DNA of 63,512 nt, filler included, from Dimargaris cristalligena (Eukaryota): NCBI GenBank assembly GCA_003614675.1. It is 21 parts of 21 records of this genome, joined end to end, with 100 filler letters (N's around TTAATTAATTAA, not from the genome) between each part and the next. Parts side by side here need not be neighbours in the genome. Positions count along the whole stretch, not along the records: positions 36,516 to 39,435 come from ML004075.1; positions 39,536 to 42,452 come from ML004076.1; positions 42,553 to 45,467 come from ML004077.1; positions 45,568 to 48,479 come from ML004078.1; positions 48,580 to 51,493 come from ML004079.1; 16 more parts are not named here. One strand, written 5' to 3'. Shown in pieces: positions 36,416-49,089 of this stretch. Numbering within the stretch: position 1 is the stretch's first letter; every line of letters begins with the position of its first letter. The notes beneath the pieces were generated by a model that worked only from the letters and a program-made list of their open reading frames with translations, was not told the DNA's origin and searched no databases. Both the position numbers and the translations under genes were made by a program.

Positions 36416-36761
36416 NNNNNNNNNNNNNNNNNNNNNNNNNNNNNNNNNNNNNNNNNNNNTTAATTAATTAANNNNNNNNNNNNNNNNNNNNNNNNNNNNN
36501 NNNNNNNNNNNNNNNTTTTTTCGACGTGCACCGAAGACGTCCTTTTTATAAGAAGTTAATGTAGTTACTGAAAGCAGGACACAATTATGGCGTGTTGTGG
36601 TCGGGCTGGGGTAACCCGGAGTAATGCAAAGCAGCGATGACTTGAACTGCCGAATGATAATTAAGGAGACGCGAAGGGACACACCAGTAATATTATGTGC
36701 ATTAGACAAGGGTCGTAAAACGTCACAATACCCATTTTAGAATAAATATACGTTAGCCTAC

Positions 36762-38350
36762 ATTCGGAATATTGTCCCATCTCCGAGTGGATCAATACGG
36801 GATAAAGACCAGGTATTTCGGGCTTGTGGTTTCGTAGGTGGTTAAAAATATTCATGGCCTGAGGTGGAAGTGCGTGGGTAGGTTTGGTAGAGTTGAATCG
36901 AAGGTAAAGGAATAGATTAGCCAACGAGACCTAACGAGAATGATGGGGGTCTAATTAGGGGCCACTGTCAATCGATTCAGGGTTCCACTTATGCGAAGCC
37001 GACTTACCTTTTGGTCATATTTAGGATCGAGGGAATAGTGGGAGAGCTTCTTGTACTCCAACTGGATGGACCCCATTTCAGACAAGATCGTATGGCCATT
37101 TACCCAGCTGTCGTAGGCCACCCGATTCAACTTAGGATTAATGGCGTGAGCCGGGAGGTGGGTGGCAGTGTTGAAGGCCGGCACAAGTATCTCTGCCATT
37201 TCCAAAGCTTTGAGGAGGCACTGCTGGTTTTGCGATAGCTCATGGGCCGATAATAGTCCGCCGATTGTACGAATCACGGTTCCGAAGAATTGGATATTCG
37301 TAGTTTTCTAAGCAGCACCGAAGGGATGGCAAAGCATAGATATTTCAGTAGGGATTTTGATTGCAAATAGATGCATTGGTGTAAATGGACATGGGCCTGG
37401 GGGATAGAGGGTCGACGGAGACAAATAACCTACCACATAATCATAACTTAGGTTGTAAATGCGTTGAAGGGCATGTTGGAATTCATCCTCAAGTCCCGCA
37501 ATCCAGAGGGTGTCGAGGGCATCAATAAGAGTCACGCCATAGCTAATTTTAAAAATGAGGTGCGAATAAGTAAGGATGTGTTAGTGGGGGAATAATTCAC
37601 ATTCTCGATTTTTGAAAGCTGGGGAACAAAATGGATCGGAAAAGGATAGTAGATCTAGCATTGGTCTTCCACCAAGGTACTATGGTTTCGGGGCCATATC
37701 CGTATTTTTTGTATTACAGCAGCCTACTAATGGCCAAGGGGGAAATTGGCCAAAAATGTTGAACAGTGACTTACCTGTCCCATCTTTACTCGGTCGGATC
37801 GTTGGGTGTGTGATTGTTAAATTTGATAAATGTATAGTCAGCACAGGCAAACTGGTTAGAGGTGATGGATACCCTGATGGTGGATTAAGTGGTATGTAGA
37901 ATGGCATATTTTGATAATAATAGAATAGCTTGGCCACAAACATCTTTAAGGTCGCGATAAATATAGAGGCCTCATGAATCAGGGTTTAAAGGCTAACTCT
38001 GTTTACCTGTCTATCGGCAAATTGGAAACGGGCGCAATTTCGTCATGTCCAAAGGCCACGGCCGCGTAGCCGCGCCAGGCATGGCGAATAGCGCCCTTTA
38101 TTTCGGATGCGCGCTGCTGGTCCAGCGGACTGACTTGAATACCGTCGAACTGAATGGGCGGAAAAGGCGAGTTGTAGTCCAGACCCTCCGTCACAGTCGC
38201 GGCTGGGGCGGCTTGGCGACGATGGGGATGCACAAAGGGCGAAGGTAGGTCAGTGAGATAGTAGAACGAGTGGCCCAGGAAGAGTACGTGGCCGATCAGT
38301 AGGATACTAAGTACCGTTAGAGTCACCCGGCTAGGTTTGGCGAGGTTCAC
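36762..38350 (-). CDS. Glycoside hydrolase family 47 alpha-1,2-mannosidase-like protein (partial); exons ~38350..38007, 37542..37434, 37307..37008, 36858..36762; start and 3' end unresolved
   Basis: TM anchor, then HAWRGYAAVAFGHDEIAPVS, YGVTLIDALDTLWIAGL, FFGTVIRTIGGLLSAH, AFNTATHLP, LSEMGSIQLEY and PGLYP. GT-AG introns splice these in frame. Confidence 0.9.
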
Positions 38351-39289
38351 TCCGGTGGATCCCTTCGCTGATGGATGAACGAACCATTACTTTTTAAGAG
38401 ATACACATTCAAAAACGATTAGTAGAATAAATTATTAAAGTACTCGGGAGCGAATATTCAGAACGGACTGTGTCATCGGAAACGAACGCAGTATCGTACT
38501 CGCGCTCATGCTGGAGGTTGGGCTTCACATTTTAGCGAACCAAATCAGTGGGTTTGCATGTACCGGATAGTGGAACGAGGCACACCCTTTTTAAAAGTTT
38601 CCGCGCGGTTGCTGGTGAAAGCCCTTCATTGTTGACGGCCTCTGTTTCCGCACCAAATCTCGTTATCGATAGGTTACCATCCATCCACGGCTTCAGTGGG
38701 GGTGGCAGAATCCATCGTCGGGGCGATGACAATGCCCCTGTTGTAGCAACATGAATAGCTATGCAGATGATCGTACCCGATCAAAATGAAAAACCATGGG
38801 CTTTCCCCAACCCTGCACTTTGCAGCAATACACATCCGCCAAAGGATAACGAAGCGCCCACTTTAGACCCACTCTCATCGGTCCCATGGCAAACGGTTGC
38901 AGTATCAACCTGTCCTATGAATAAGTCTGAATGAGGGTAATGTGGTGGCATTGAGGGGGGGACAACATAATTATACAAACAGACTACCAATATAGAGGAT
39001 GATGGATAATGTTTAGGACCGTCCCTATCCCCCTCCTACCCCCACACCCGGGGGCTTTCAATAGGAATACCTAATTATTAGCGATAAGACGAATGATATT
39101 ACAAGTACAATGACCATCTTTATTTAGAAAAGCAGAAAGCGATGCTAGACTCCAAGAAACCAGGATACCAACTCCATAATAAAACCAATCGACCTAACTC
39201 AGACCACTGCATAATCTCAGTAATCAACCCACCCAATGCGGGGGAAGGAGATACCAAAGGATCGAAGGCTGGTAAAAGAGCAAGTTGGT

Positions 39290-39435
39290 TTAGTATTCGT
39301 GATCTTCTTGCTCGTCTTCGGCAACAGAGTCAGAACCAACTTCCTCGTAGTCCTTCTCGAGGGCGGCGAGGTCCTCGCGGGCTTCGGAGAATTCACCTTC
39401 CTCCATACCTTCACCCACATACCAGTGGACGAAGG
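39290..39435 (-). CDS. TUB1: Alpha-tubulin C-terminal fragment (not in the ORF track)
   Basis: The minus strand translates to [47 protein letters not shown]. Confidence 0.97.
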
Positions 39436-39535
39436 NNNNNNNNNNNNNNNNNNNNNNNNNNNNNNNNNNNNNNNNNNNNTTAATTAATTAANNNNNNNNN
39501 NNNNNNNNNNNNNNNNNNNNNNNNNNNNNNNNNNN

Positions 39536-40170
39536 TACACCGCCCCTGTTCCACCCCATCACCATTGGTATCCAATGTGCCGGACAAGTAAGTGGAATGT
39601 GTTGGTTATACTGCTATTATTTATACAATTTATTATCAATTACTATTACTATTACTGACACTATATTTATAGAATTATTTGACACTAATATTGTATGCCT
39701 CTAAACATTATATATAATAACTATAGCTCCTAATTTTAGAGCTAGTGGCTCGCCTAGCTGTTTCCGGTTATTTACACCTGGTAAAGATGGCCGAAGAGTC
39801 CCCGGCCATCAATGATCTACCAGGTGTTGAATTTCCACTGGCCTTCAAATATCCGCCAGTTGTTAAATTGCTGCTGCTAATCAAGTGGCTATTGCCCATC
39901 GAACCGTCGCTGCCGCCAGTTGAATTGTCATTGCTGCCCGTCGAATCCCAACTGACCACCGATTTCCTATCGACCATCAAAATCCCGTCATCTGCCGAAT
40001 TCCAGCCGGCCATCAGGTTTCAGCCAGCCGTCGAGTTCCTGCCGGCCACTGAAATCATATCAGCTTCCGAACCCTTACCAGCACCAGAATCCCAGCCGGC
40101 CGTAGAATACCTACCGCCCATCGAATCCCAGCCGGCCATTAAGTTCCTGCCGGCTACTAAAACCATGTCA
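39536..40170 (+). repeat. Segment duplicated, with divergence, at 44813-45465
   Basis: Both begin TACACCGCCCCTGTTCCACCCC and encode near-identical ORF starts ([20 protein letters not shown]). Confidence 0.9.
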
Positions 40171-42087
40171 GCTGCCGAACCCCTACCAGCACCCGATTTT
40201 CTACTGCCCATCGAATCCCAGCCGACCATCGAATCCCAGCCGGCCATTAAGTTCCTGCCGGCTACTAAAACCATGTCAGCTGCCGAACCCCTACCAGCAC
40301 CCGATTTTCTACTGCCCATCGAATCCCAGCCGACCATCGAATCCCAGCCGGCCATTAAGTTCCTGCCGGCTACTAAAACCATGTCAGTTGCCGAACCCCT
40401 ACCAGCACCCGATTTTCTACTGCCCGTCGAATCCCAGCCGGCCATCGAATTCCTACCAGCCACCAAAGTCCAGTCAGCCGTTGAACCCCTACCAGCAGCC
40501 CCAGCTGTTACAGGAAATCGACACCATATAACAAAACCACCGGTCCCCTGGAAAAACCGGGCCAGTCCGTCCACCGACACCCACCCCGCCCAGAAAGCGG
40601 CACCGACCCCAACTACAGCTGGATATCGAAGCCTCGCTACAAAACCGCCGGTCCCCCAGCAAACCCGGGTCGGTCTATCTACTGACCTCCACCCTGCCCA
40701 GCAAGCGGCGCCGACACTGACACCAAATACCAACACCAACACACACCAACACCGACACCCGACACCACTGACATCAACATCAACTCCACTGACACCGATA
40801 CTACTGACACCCGATACCAACACTGATAACAACACCCGACACCGATACCAACACTACCAACACCGACACCGATACCAACACTACCGATGGTACCACGACT
40901 TCCGACAGTTCCTACACCGACTCCACCAACACCCGGCACTGGCACTACTGATACCCAATACCAACACTGACACACACCGACACCCGACACCGCTGACATC
41001 AACATCAACTCCACCGAAACCGATACTACTGACACCCGATACCAACACTGATATCAACACCCGACACCGATACCAACACTACCAACACCGACACCGATAC
41101 CAACACTACCGATGGTACCACGACTTCCGACAGTTCCTACACCGACTCCACCAACACCCGGCACTGGCACTACTGATACCCAATACCAACACTGACACAC
41201 ACCGACACCCGACACCGCTGACATCAACATCAACTCCACCGAAACCGATACTACTGACACCCGATACCAACACTGATAACAACACCCGACACCGATACCA
41301 ACACTACCAACACCGACACCGATACCAACACTACCGATGGTACCACTACTACCGACGGTACCTACACCGACTCCACCAACACCCGGCACTGGTACTACTG
41401 ATACCCAATACCAATACCAACACTGACACACACCGACACCGACACCCGACACCGCTGACATCAACATCAACTCCACCGACACCGATACTACTGACACCCG
41501 ATACCAACACTGATAACAACACCCGACACCGATACCAACACTACCAACACCGACACCGATACCAACACTACCGATGGTACCACTACTACCGACGGTACCT
41601 ACACCGACTCCACCAACACCCGGCACTGGTACTACTGATACCCAATACCAACACTGACACCGACACCGACACCGACACCAACACCAACACCAACACCGAC
41701 ACCGACACCGACACTGACACCAACATCGACACCAACACCGACACTGACACCAACATCGACACCAACACCGACACCGACGCTGACACCAACACCGACACCA
41801 ACACTAACACCGACACTGACACCAACATCGACACCGACACCAACACCGATACCAACACCAACACTGACACTGACACCAACACCAACATTGACACTGCCGA
41901 CACTGACACTGACACTGCCGATACCGATACCGACACCGACACCGACACCGACAACACCACCAATACTGACATCAACACCAACACCAACGCCAACACCAAC
42001 ACCCGATGCCGACACCGACACCGACACCGACGCCGACGCCGACGCCGACACCGAAACCGAAACCGACACCGAGACCGACTCCACTGA
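39745..42087 (+). CDS. 780-codon low-complexity tandem-repeat ORF (coding status uncertain)
   Basis: Open frame built of 108-bp repeats (40120, 40228, 40336), 225/225/237-bp repeats (40771, 40996, 41221, 41458) and an ACACCR hexamer array. Confidence 0.3.
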   Translation: MARLAVSGYLHLVKMAEESPAINDLPGVEFPLAFKYPPVVKLLLLIKWLLPIEPSLPPVELSLLPVESQLTTDFLSTIKIPSSAEFQPAIRFQPAVEFLPATEIISASEPLPAPESQPAVEYLPPIESQPAIKFLPATKTMSAAEPLPAPDFLLPIESQPTIESQPAIKFLPATKTMSAAEPLPAPDFLLPIESQPTIESQPAIKFLPATKTMSVAEPLPAPDFLLPVESQPAIEFLPATKVQSAVEPLPAAPAVTGNRHHITKPPVPWKNRASPSTDTHPAQKAAPTPTTAGYRSLATKPPVPQQTRVGLSTDLHPAQQAAPTLTPNTNTNTHQHRHPTPLTSTSTPLTPILLTPDTNTDNNTRHRYQHYQHRHRYQHYRWYHDFRQFLHRLHQHPALALLIPNTNTDTHRHPTPLTSTSTPPKPILLTPDTNTDINTRHRYQHYQHRHRYQHYRWYHDFRQFLHRLHQHPALALLIPNTNTDTHRHPTPLTSTSTPPKPILLTPDTNTDNNTRHRYQHYQHRHRYQHYRWYHYYRRYLHRLHQHPALVLLIPNTNTNTDTHRHRHPTPLTSTSTPPTPILLTPDTNTDNNTRHRYQHYQHRHRYQHYRWYHYYRRYLHRLHQHPALVLLIPNTNTDTDTDTDTNTNTNTDTDTDTDTNIDTNTDTDTNIDTNTDTDADTNTDTNTNTDTDTNIDTDTNTDTNTNTDTDTNTNIDTADTDTDTADTDTDTDTDTDNTTNTDINTNTNANTNTRCRHRHRHRRRRRRRHRNRNRHRDRLH

Positions 42088-42120
42088 TACAAACACACCA
42101 CAACACCAACACCAACTACA
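40718..42120 (+). repeat. Higher-order minisatellite (4 x 225-237 bp) plus ACACC(G/A) hexamer array
   Basis: The anchor ACATCAACATCAACTCCAC recurs at 40771, 40996, 41221 and 41458; (GACACC/AACACC)n follows from about 41650. Confidence 0.92.
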
Positions 42121-44812
42121 ACCAAACCCCGCGCCTATGAGATCACCGCCCAGCACCACTTGCCCGGGACTCCCCATTATCTTATCGGGGATTTGATTGA
42201 ACTTGTGATTGCTATCTTTTTTTTAAAAAAATTGATTATTAAATTTCGTCAATTGAATCGAATGCAATTGGGACGTGGTCTCTGGCCAGGATCACCTTCT
42301 GAGCGCTTTCATTCATTTGATTTGGAACACATTATAACCTACACTAGCTGCCTTAATCTCTGTTGGGCGATTAACCAAACATATTTTTGCATACTGAAGC
42401 CCATATCTCCTTCCCTAATTGTCTTATATCACTGCCGTCGATTATTTTAACANNNNNNNNNNNNNNNNNNNNNNNNNNNNNNNNNNNNNNNNNNNNTTAA
42501 TTAATTAANNNNNNNNNNNNNNNNNNNNNNNNNNNNNNNNNNNNNNNNNNNNTGATTAGTTGCTAATGCAGCTTGTACGTTGCTAAAGAGGCTTCCGACT
42601 AGAAGAGTTGGTTCTAACGTGTTTGTATATATATTATTTTACATTATAACGCTTTCTAATGCTCAATTATTGTTTGGCTCATCAGTCGAAACCGCATTCA
42701 TGTCACCATTCCCCGAAGGCTCACCACTAGTTCAAGGCCCGCGAAGGCTCTACCTGAAGACATATTTAATCGTCATGCCGGGTGGCTGGGACCCACCGAT
42801 TGAGGAGTAAATTAGAGTGAATATTCGCGACGAGCCTCAGTATAGTGTTAGGGATATACAAAGTCCGGCTACTAATTTGCTTGAGATGAGGTCAATTCGA
42901 AAAAAAACAACAACAATATTATCGAGAGAGTGTCCTGTTTTCAGGCGTTGAATGTAGGTGCATCTCCGTACTTGCGAGTGACTTTCTATAATTGTAGCTC
43001 CAGTCACCGCAACTTTGGGTCTATGACAGGTGTACCATCCCCCTCCCTGTTGTAGTATTACGATATCAGGACATTGTAGGGGCAGTATGGTGGCCCGGCA
43101 AAGATGGGTATAGTCTGGATAGGGACTGTGGTAGACGAGGCAGTGAGTGGGGTTTGGTGGACCGTGAGAGCCGAAATGTGCAAGGCTGGATCGGCCAACA
43201 GGAAGCGCAAAAATAACCTTGGCTATTGTCAAAAAACGATACCGGGAAACCCCTATATTGATGGAGTAAGACGTGAATGGCGTAGACAATCATGTATAAT
43301 TGCCAATGCATTTGGCGCACAACGCAATTGATGGCCATTGATTCAAGTATCTTTTAACGGTGTAAAATGGCCAGGATGAATTGGCTTTTGAGCATGTTAT
43401 AATAGAATTGCAACTGGGGAAGGGGTGCATATTTCCCGAATTGTACACCTACAGAGGTAAATCCCGGGCAATAAAGTCGTCAGCTGATGCGGCTGGGTGG
43501 AATAGGGTAAATACCACGCCAAGTTAGCGTTTATAAAAAGACTGCCGCGGAATTCAATCGCCGATAGAAAAGGTATGTCCAATTTAGTGAAAGTGGAGGG
43601 CATTGGATAAGAAGGGGGGTGCGAGGCCACCCCTAATTACAGTTCAGCATAGGCATATTCAGGACCATTCAGTTACAATGGGTGGTCCGCCTCATACCGC
43701 CTACTAATGCCTATTCCACCATGCTCTCTGAATATTAACCGGCTCCCTTCTCTCGCCCCAACCACTGTAAAAATATAGACGACGCGATAGCCGAAAGACA
43801 AATGTATAATGCACGCCACGCCTAACATGACATATTTTAACGCATTTGGAAGCAGAGCGGAACCACCGGCACACTCGTCTAGAAGCCGCATTCTCCAAGT
43901 AATAATTTAATTCCTTTTGTAGGGGGGAGTTAACACCGCCCTCCTATCATTATGCTTTATGGCAGGTCATCCTTGCGGTTCGTCCATGTCACCCTGCCAG
44001 GATTTGGAAGGGCATAGCAGGCCTTACCCGCCTCATATCGCTTGAACATCCTCCCTACCATTATGAATAATTTTTAAGTGTGATTATAGCCCACGTCGAA
44101 TAAGCATAATATAAATCAATCCTACCAGGTCAATTTATTTTCCTATACTCCGACCAGTACCTGGTATTCAATCCCGCCGCCCACCGCCCTCCAACTGTAG
44201 CTTATTTCCATCGAACAGTTGCCCAACCGCCCTGTACAAACCTGTTGAAACGGCAGTGGGAAAGGGGGCTTGGGGATCCGCCTTTCCGCATAAGAACTCA
44301 TTATAATTCCAAGTCGCAGCGGAGCCTGGCGGTTCGGATGCCCTACACGCATGGCGTCCGATTTACGGATTGTACGTGTTGTACATTCAGGGGGAGGGAT
44401 GTCACGGCATTGTGAGTGCTGCTATCAAAAAGGTTTGGTTATTCTAATAAATCAAAAAGAAATATATATGAAAATGGCGGATCAGGGGGAAATATACATT
44501 TAGGAGCCACCTTTCCCCCTGAATCTATAGTAAAGCCCTCCCACGGGCCACTGGTATCCTGTACTCATAGGAGTGTATGTGAAGTGGCATTGCCCTAAAA
44601 TACCACACCGTTTAACCCGGCCCAGACCACACCGGCCATCATAGTCTCGGTTGAACCTCGCCAGCCGGCAGGCCAACCTAAGGCCAGTCGAATTATTATG
44701 AATAAAAAAGTATTTATACACATTACTCGTCCTACCTGGGTTTCTCTATCGTCTCCACCATAGTTTAATGTTATAACTACTTACTTCGTAAAATGAATCT
44801 AGATTTTTTTGG

Positions 44813-45467
44813 TACACCGCCCCTGTTCCACCCCATCACCATTGGTATCCAATGTGCCGGACAAGTAAGTGGAATGTTTTGATTTTACTACTATTACTTT
44901 TACAATTTATTATCGATTACTATTACTATTAATGTCACTATATTTATAGAATTACTTGACACTAATATTGAATGCCTCTAAATATTATATATAATAACTC
45001 TAGCTCCTAATTTTCGAGCTAGTGGCTCGCCTAGCTGTTTCCGGTTATTTACACCTGGCAAAGATGGCCGAAGAGTCCCCGGCCACCAATGACCTACTAG
45101 GCGCTGAATTTCCGCTGGCCTTCAAATATCTATCAGTTATTAAATTGCTGCTGCTAATCAAGTGGCCATTTCCCATCGAATCGTCGCTGCCGCCAGTTGA
45201 ATTGTTGTTGCCGCCTGTCGAATTAATGCTGCCCGTCAAATCCCAACCGGCCATCAATTTCCTATCGACCATCGAAATCCTGTCAGCTGCCGAATTCCAG
45301 CCGGCCATCAGGTTTCAGCCGGCCGTCGAGTTCCTGCCAGCCACTGAAATCATATCAGCTGCCGAACCCTTACCAGCACCAGAATCCCAGCCGGCCGTAG
45401 AATACCTACCGCCCATCGAATCCCACCCGGCCATTGAGTTCCTGCCGGCTACTAAAACCATGTCATA
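44813..45467 (+). repeat. Paralogous copy of 39536-40170, truncated at contig end
   Basis: Collinear, with substitutions and an in-frame insertion. Confidence 0.9.
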
Positions 45468-46834
45468 NNNNNNNNNNNNNNNNNNNNNNNNNNNNNNNNN
45501 NNNNNNNNNNNTTAATTAATTAANNNNNNNNNNNNNNNNNNNNNNNNNNNNNNNNNNNNNNNNNNNNTTTTTTTCACCTTCAAAATTACTTTTAATAGTA
45601 CTATGTACATTCCGAAATGTATTAGCAGGCGCAGGGTAAGAATGGCCAGTCTTATACTCACCAATTTTAGCCCAAACGTGCCCGATTACTGATAAATTGA
45701 GCGTATATGTGAGTGGTCGAACCATTCTACAGCTCGATCACATACATAAATATACCACTGCGGATGAAGGTGCTAACAGGTGTCCAGAGGCGTTTCCCTG
45801 ACACTGGCGCAATCCACTTCCCACCGCTCTATTTTTGGCGGGACCGTGGTTAACACTGGGAACTCCCCACAATCGCGATGTCCGCTATGGGCAGTACCGG
45901 TGTTCGTGGACAGCTGGACCTTGGGAATTGAAAACGTCCAATGATGTTGCCGTAGTAGTAGCCCATACGATCCCAGAAGGGCAGCCGATCCCCTCTCCTT
46001 AAGGTGCCCCATTCGCAGTCCAGTAAAAATAGCTCAACCTGACCCAATCCCATTTGAGGTGTTTAGGAAAGCCGAGAAGTAAATGCCGCTCTCTCCCGTG
46101 TTTACTCTATATGGGTTTAACGGCACACCTGTTTATTTGGGGATTGATTGTTTGGTGTGAATCCGCGTGACTGATATTTAGATTATTTTTAGGTCAGAGA
46201 ACTCCGGCAGGGCCGCCTACTATGCAAGGCTAATGGGCCAACAGGACTCCAGTTCACGGCTAAATCGTCCCATCTCGTATATACGGTCTGGCAGTTGTAT
46301 GGAAGTTAAACCATAATCAGACATTGGTTCCGCAGATGATCGTTCCAGAGTCTGGCTGTATTTAATTTTAATAATACCGACATTGGCTGGGAAACCAACT
46401 AGGCAAGTATTCGGTCGGCTATGAGGTAACCGGGTTTCCGTGTGACTAGATTCGAGGGTTTTCTTACCCAGCGGTATCTAATTTTAGAACCTAGATCATA
46501 TTAAACCTGGGTAGGCGGGAATCCGTAGGCTAGATGTCTAAATAATTCACTCACAGAAGGTATGCCGAGGGAAACATGCCCGTCGAGTAGTTCATTGCTC
46601 TACTCTATTACTATTGGGTACACCGACTTTACGGGCACTGGTGTATCGGTAGTTCTCTTGGACTGGAGTGGATAATACACGGACACTTCTGTATAAATAG
46701 GCCAGCCCCGGCCCCTCCAAGAAACCCATCATCACTCACTTCAACCGCCTACCGATTCAATTTCCTCCACCCCAAACACCTTTTCTCTTTTCAACTCCCT
46801 ACCCCCTCCAGCCCCCCGCCCCACAATCATCACC

Positions 46835-47176
46835 ATGAAGCTCTCCACCACCGCCGCCACCGTCTTCGTCTTTGGCCTCGCCTGCCTCCAGGCCCTGGCC
46901 GCTCCCCAGGACGACAGCAGCGCCAAAATCAAGGGCAAGGATGAGCAAGCCCCCAAGTCCGACAGCGTGCCCGATGCCATCGCTGCGGCCAAGACCGTCC
47001 CAGATCAGTTCTACTCCAGCTACTTCTCAACCTGTGTCAGCGGCACCATGCGCTGCGACCGCTGGAACCGTTCCATCTTCTACGTGTGTGACAACAGCTA
47101 CCCCGTCCGCTTCTCCTGCGGCCCCGGCACCGCCTGCAAGCAGAATGGCGACTACATCTACTGTGGCTGGCCTTAA
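46835..47176 (+). CDS. Small secreted Cys-rich protein with a CBM19-like (chitin-binding) C-terminal module, 113 aa
   Basis: Signal MKLSTTAATVFVFGLACLQALA/AP; module CVSGTMRC...FYVCDN....FSCGPGTACKQ......C matches the fungal chitinase CBM19 pattern. TATAAATA near 46692; strong C-ending codon bias. Confidence 0.8.
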   Translation: MKLSTTAATVFVFGLACLQALAAPQDDSSAKIKGKDEQAPKSDSVPDAIAAAKTVPDQFYSSYFSTCVSGTMRCDRWNRSIFYVCDNSYPVRFSCGPGTACKQNGDYIYCGWP

Positions 47177-49089
47177 ATCCCGACCCGCCGGTCTGGGGCT
47201 GTATAGCCCTGAAAGCCTTAGTGTGATGTGTATATGGCAAACATCAGTATCCCGCCTCTTATCGTTGTCCTTCCGATGACCTGTTTGTGATACTAGCCTC
47301 CCATTACTAGGCTACTTTTTACCCGTTCTTTACTACCAGTTATTATTTTTCCTCGATTGGATTGCACTCGTTCATTCCTCTTGATTACTTACCTGGATAT
47401 CCGCTGTATATCCCTAGTATTCAATTGGCTTTTACCAGGCATCCTAAGTTTATAATGCCATTCAGTGGATAGCAATATGGCGTTCTTCCCAAATTGCATC
47501 CTGCTTTTTTTTCCAGCCGATTGATTCCCAGTTTCTTATGGTCCGTTAGGTCCTTCGCACTGGTCAAATTTCAATCGCATGTGCAAAGAAATACACGATC
47601 ACTGATCCGAATATAGGATAGTTGAGAAATGAGTGCTGGAACATGACTGCATAATCAGGGTGGTTTGATCTGGTAAGCAATAATGGCAAATTTCCTTACA
47701 AAATCAACCTGTGAGTGTTGCATCTGCAGCCACGGTAGGGCCTAACCCTGGGTACCAATGTAGCACAACTCCATTAGGGCCCTCCAGTACAATCGGGATT
47801 ATGGCCCCGGCTAATATGCCTGATGACCGGTGTGTTTTACAGCCACCTTTAACCCGGCCAGGGACTCCTTGTTAAACATTTCTCCTTCCCCTCTCCAGTA
47901 TTACGACCTATTAGTGCATACATCCTTCCTGGAGGTTCGATGAAATTACTGCCGGCCCTTTTAAATGCTCTGGATGTTAGGTATTGGTTATATAAAGAGT
48001 TTACCGCCGACGCACCTTGATTCCACAGTTCACTAGCATTCACCACGTTGCCATTAAGACCCATACTATAAGTTCCTTTTAATAAATACGCTCATACAAT
48101 TCGCTATTCTAACATGAGAAAATCTACACTAATGTACAATAATTTTAATGATTTATGTATAATCTAAAAGACGGGATGTTTAGTTTGGACCAAGAATATA
48201 TTCACTTCACCGGACAGACGTTTCGTTATATAGCCTGGTTGAACCTCCCCCATATGAGGTCCTTTGTCTTTTTGAGGCCAAGGTGAATATGTAGTGGGGA
48301 TGGGATTAATTGTGTTACGACAAAGCCAAATCATGGGCCAGATGTTGCCGGCTGAGGAGATATCTCATTATTCATCTGGCAGGCATTCCATTCAAATACC
48401 ATGATTTTGTATTTATAGTATGTATCAATACGGCTCTGTAGGAACAGTAGAGGCACTTATAGGTAGTGGCTTTTCATCANNNNNNNNNNNNNNNNNNNNN
48501 NNNNNNNNNNNNNNNNNNNNNNNTTAATTAATTAANNNNNNNNNNNNNNNNNNNNNNNNNNNNNNNNNNNNNNNNNNNNCCAGCCCCAAAATTTATTTTT
48601 AAAAAAAAAATTAAAAAAATCCCCGAATTACACCTGCTGGCCTGGAGTTTGAAAGGTGTACAAAAAGTCACTGATGATTGATTGCTACGGCACGGCGATT
48701 ATAATAATACAAAGAATGGCGAGGCGTTGGTGGGTAAGCCGCGGCTAGCGGAATGATATCGACTTATGAGCCAAACCAAATAGCCCCACTCGCCCGGTGG
48801 CGTATTTTCCAATTGACGCCGATAGGGTGGCTTATTATAGCATCTATCGCGCTGCATTGTACTGCCAATGGCACCCAGTAGCCATTCTCATTGTTGAATA
48901 GCCTTTTATGTTTGTTCAAACTGTGTCACTAAAAGCGACAGTTGCTTCCAAAATACTACCAAACACATCGCCATCTCACACTTGTTCATTTTTCAACCCC
49001 GGGTATAAATACTTACTCCTACTCCAATCTTTACAAGTCAAACTAAAATAAGTGTTTATTAACAATATAATTTATTAAAAAGTAGCCAA

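Noticed and set aside
40020-42177. Minus-strand Val/Gly/Ser-rich ORFs
   Set aside because: Antisense shadows of the A/C-rich tandem repeat.
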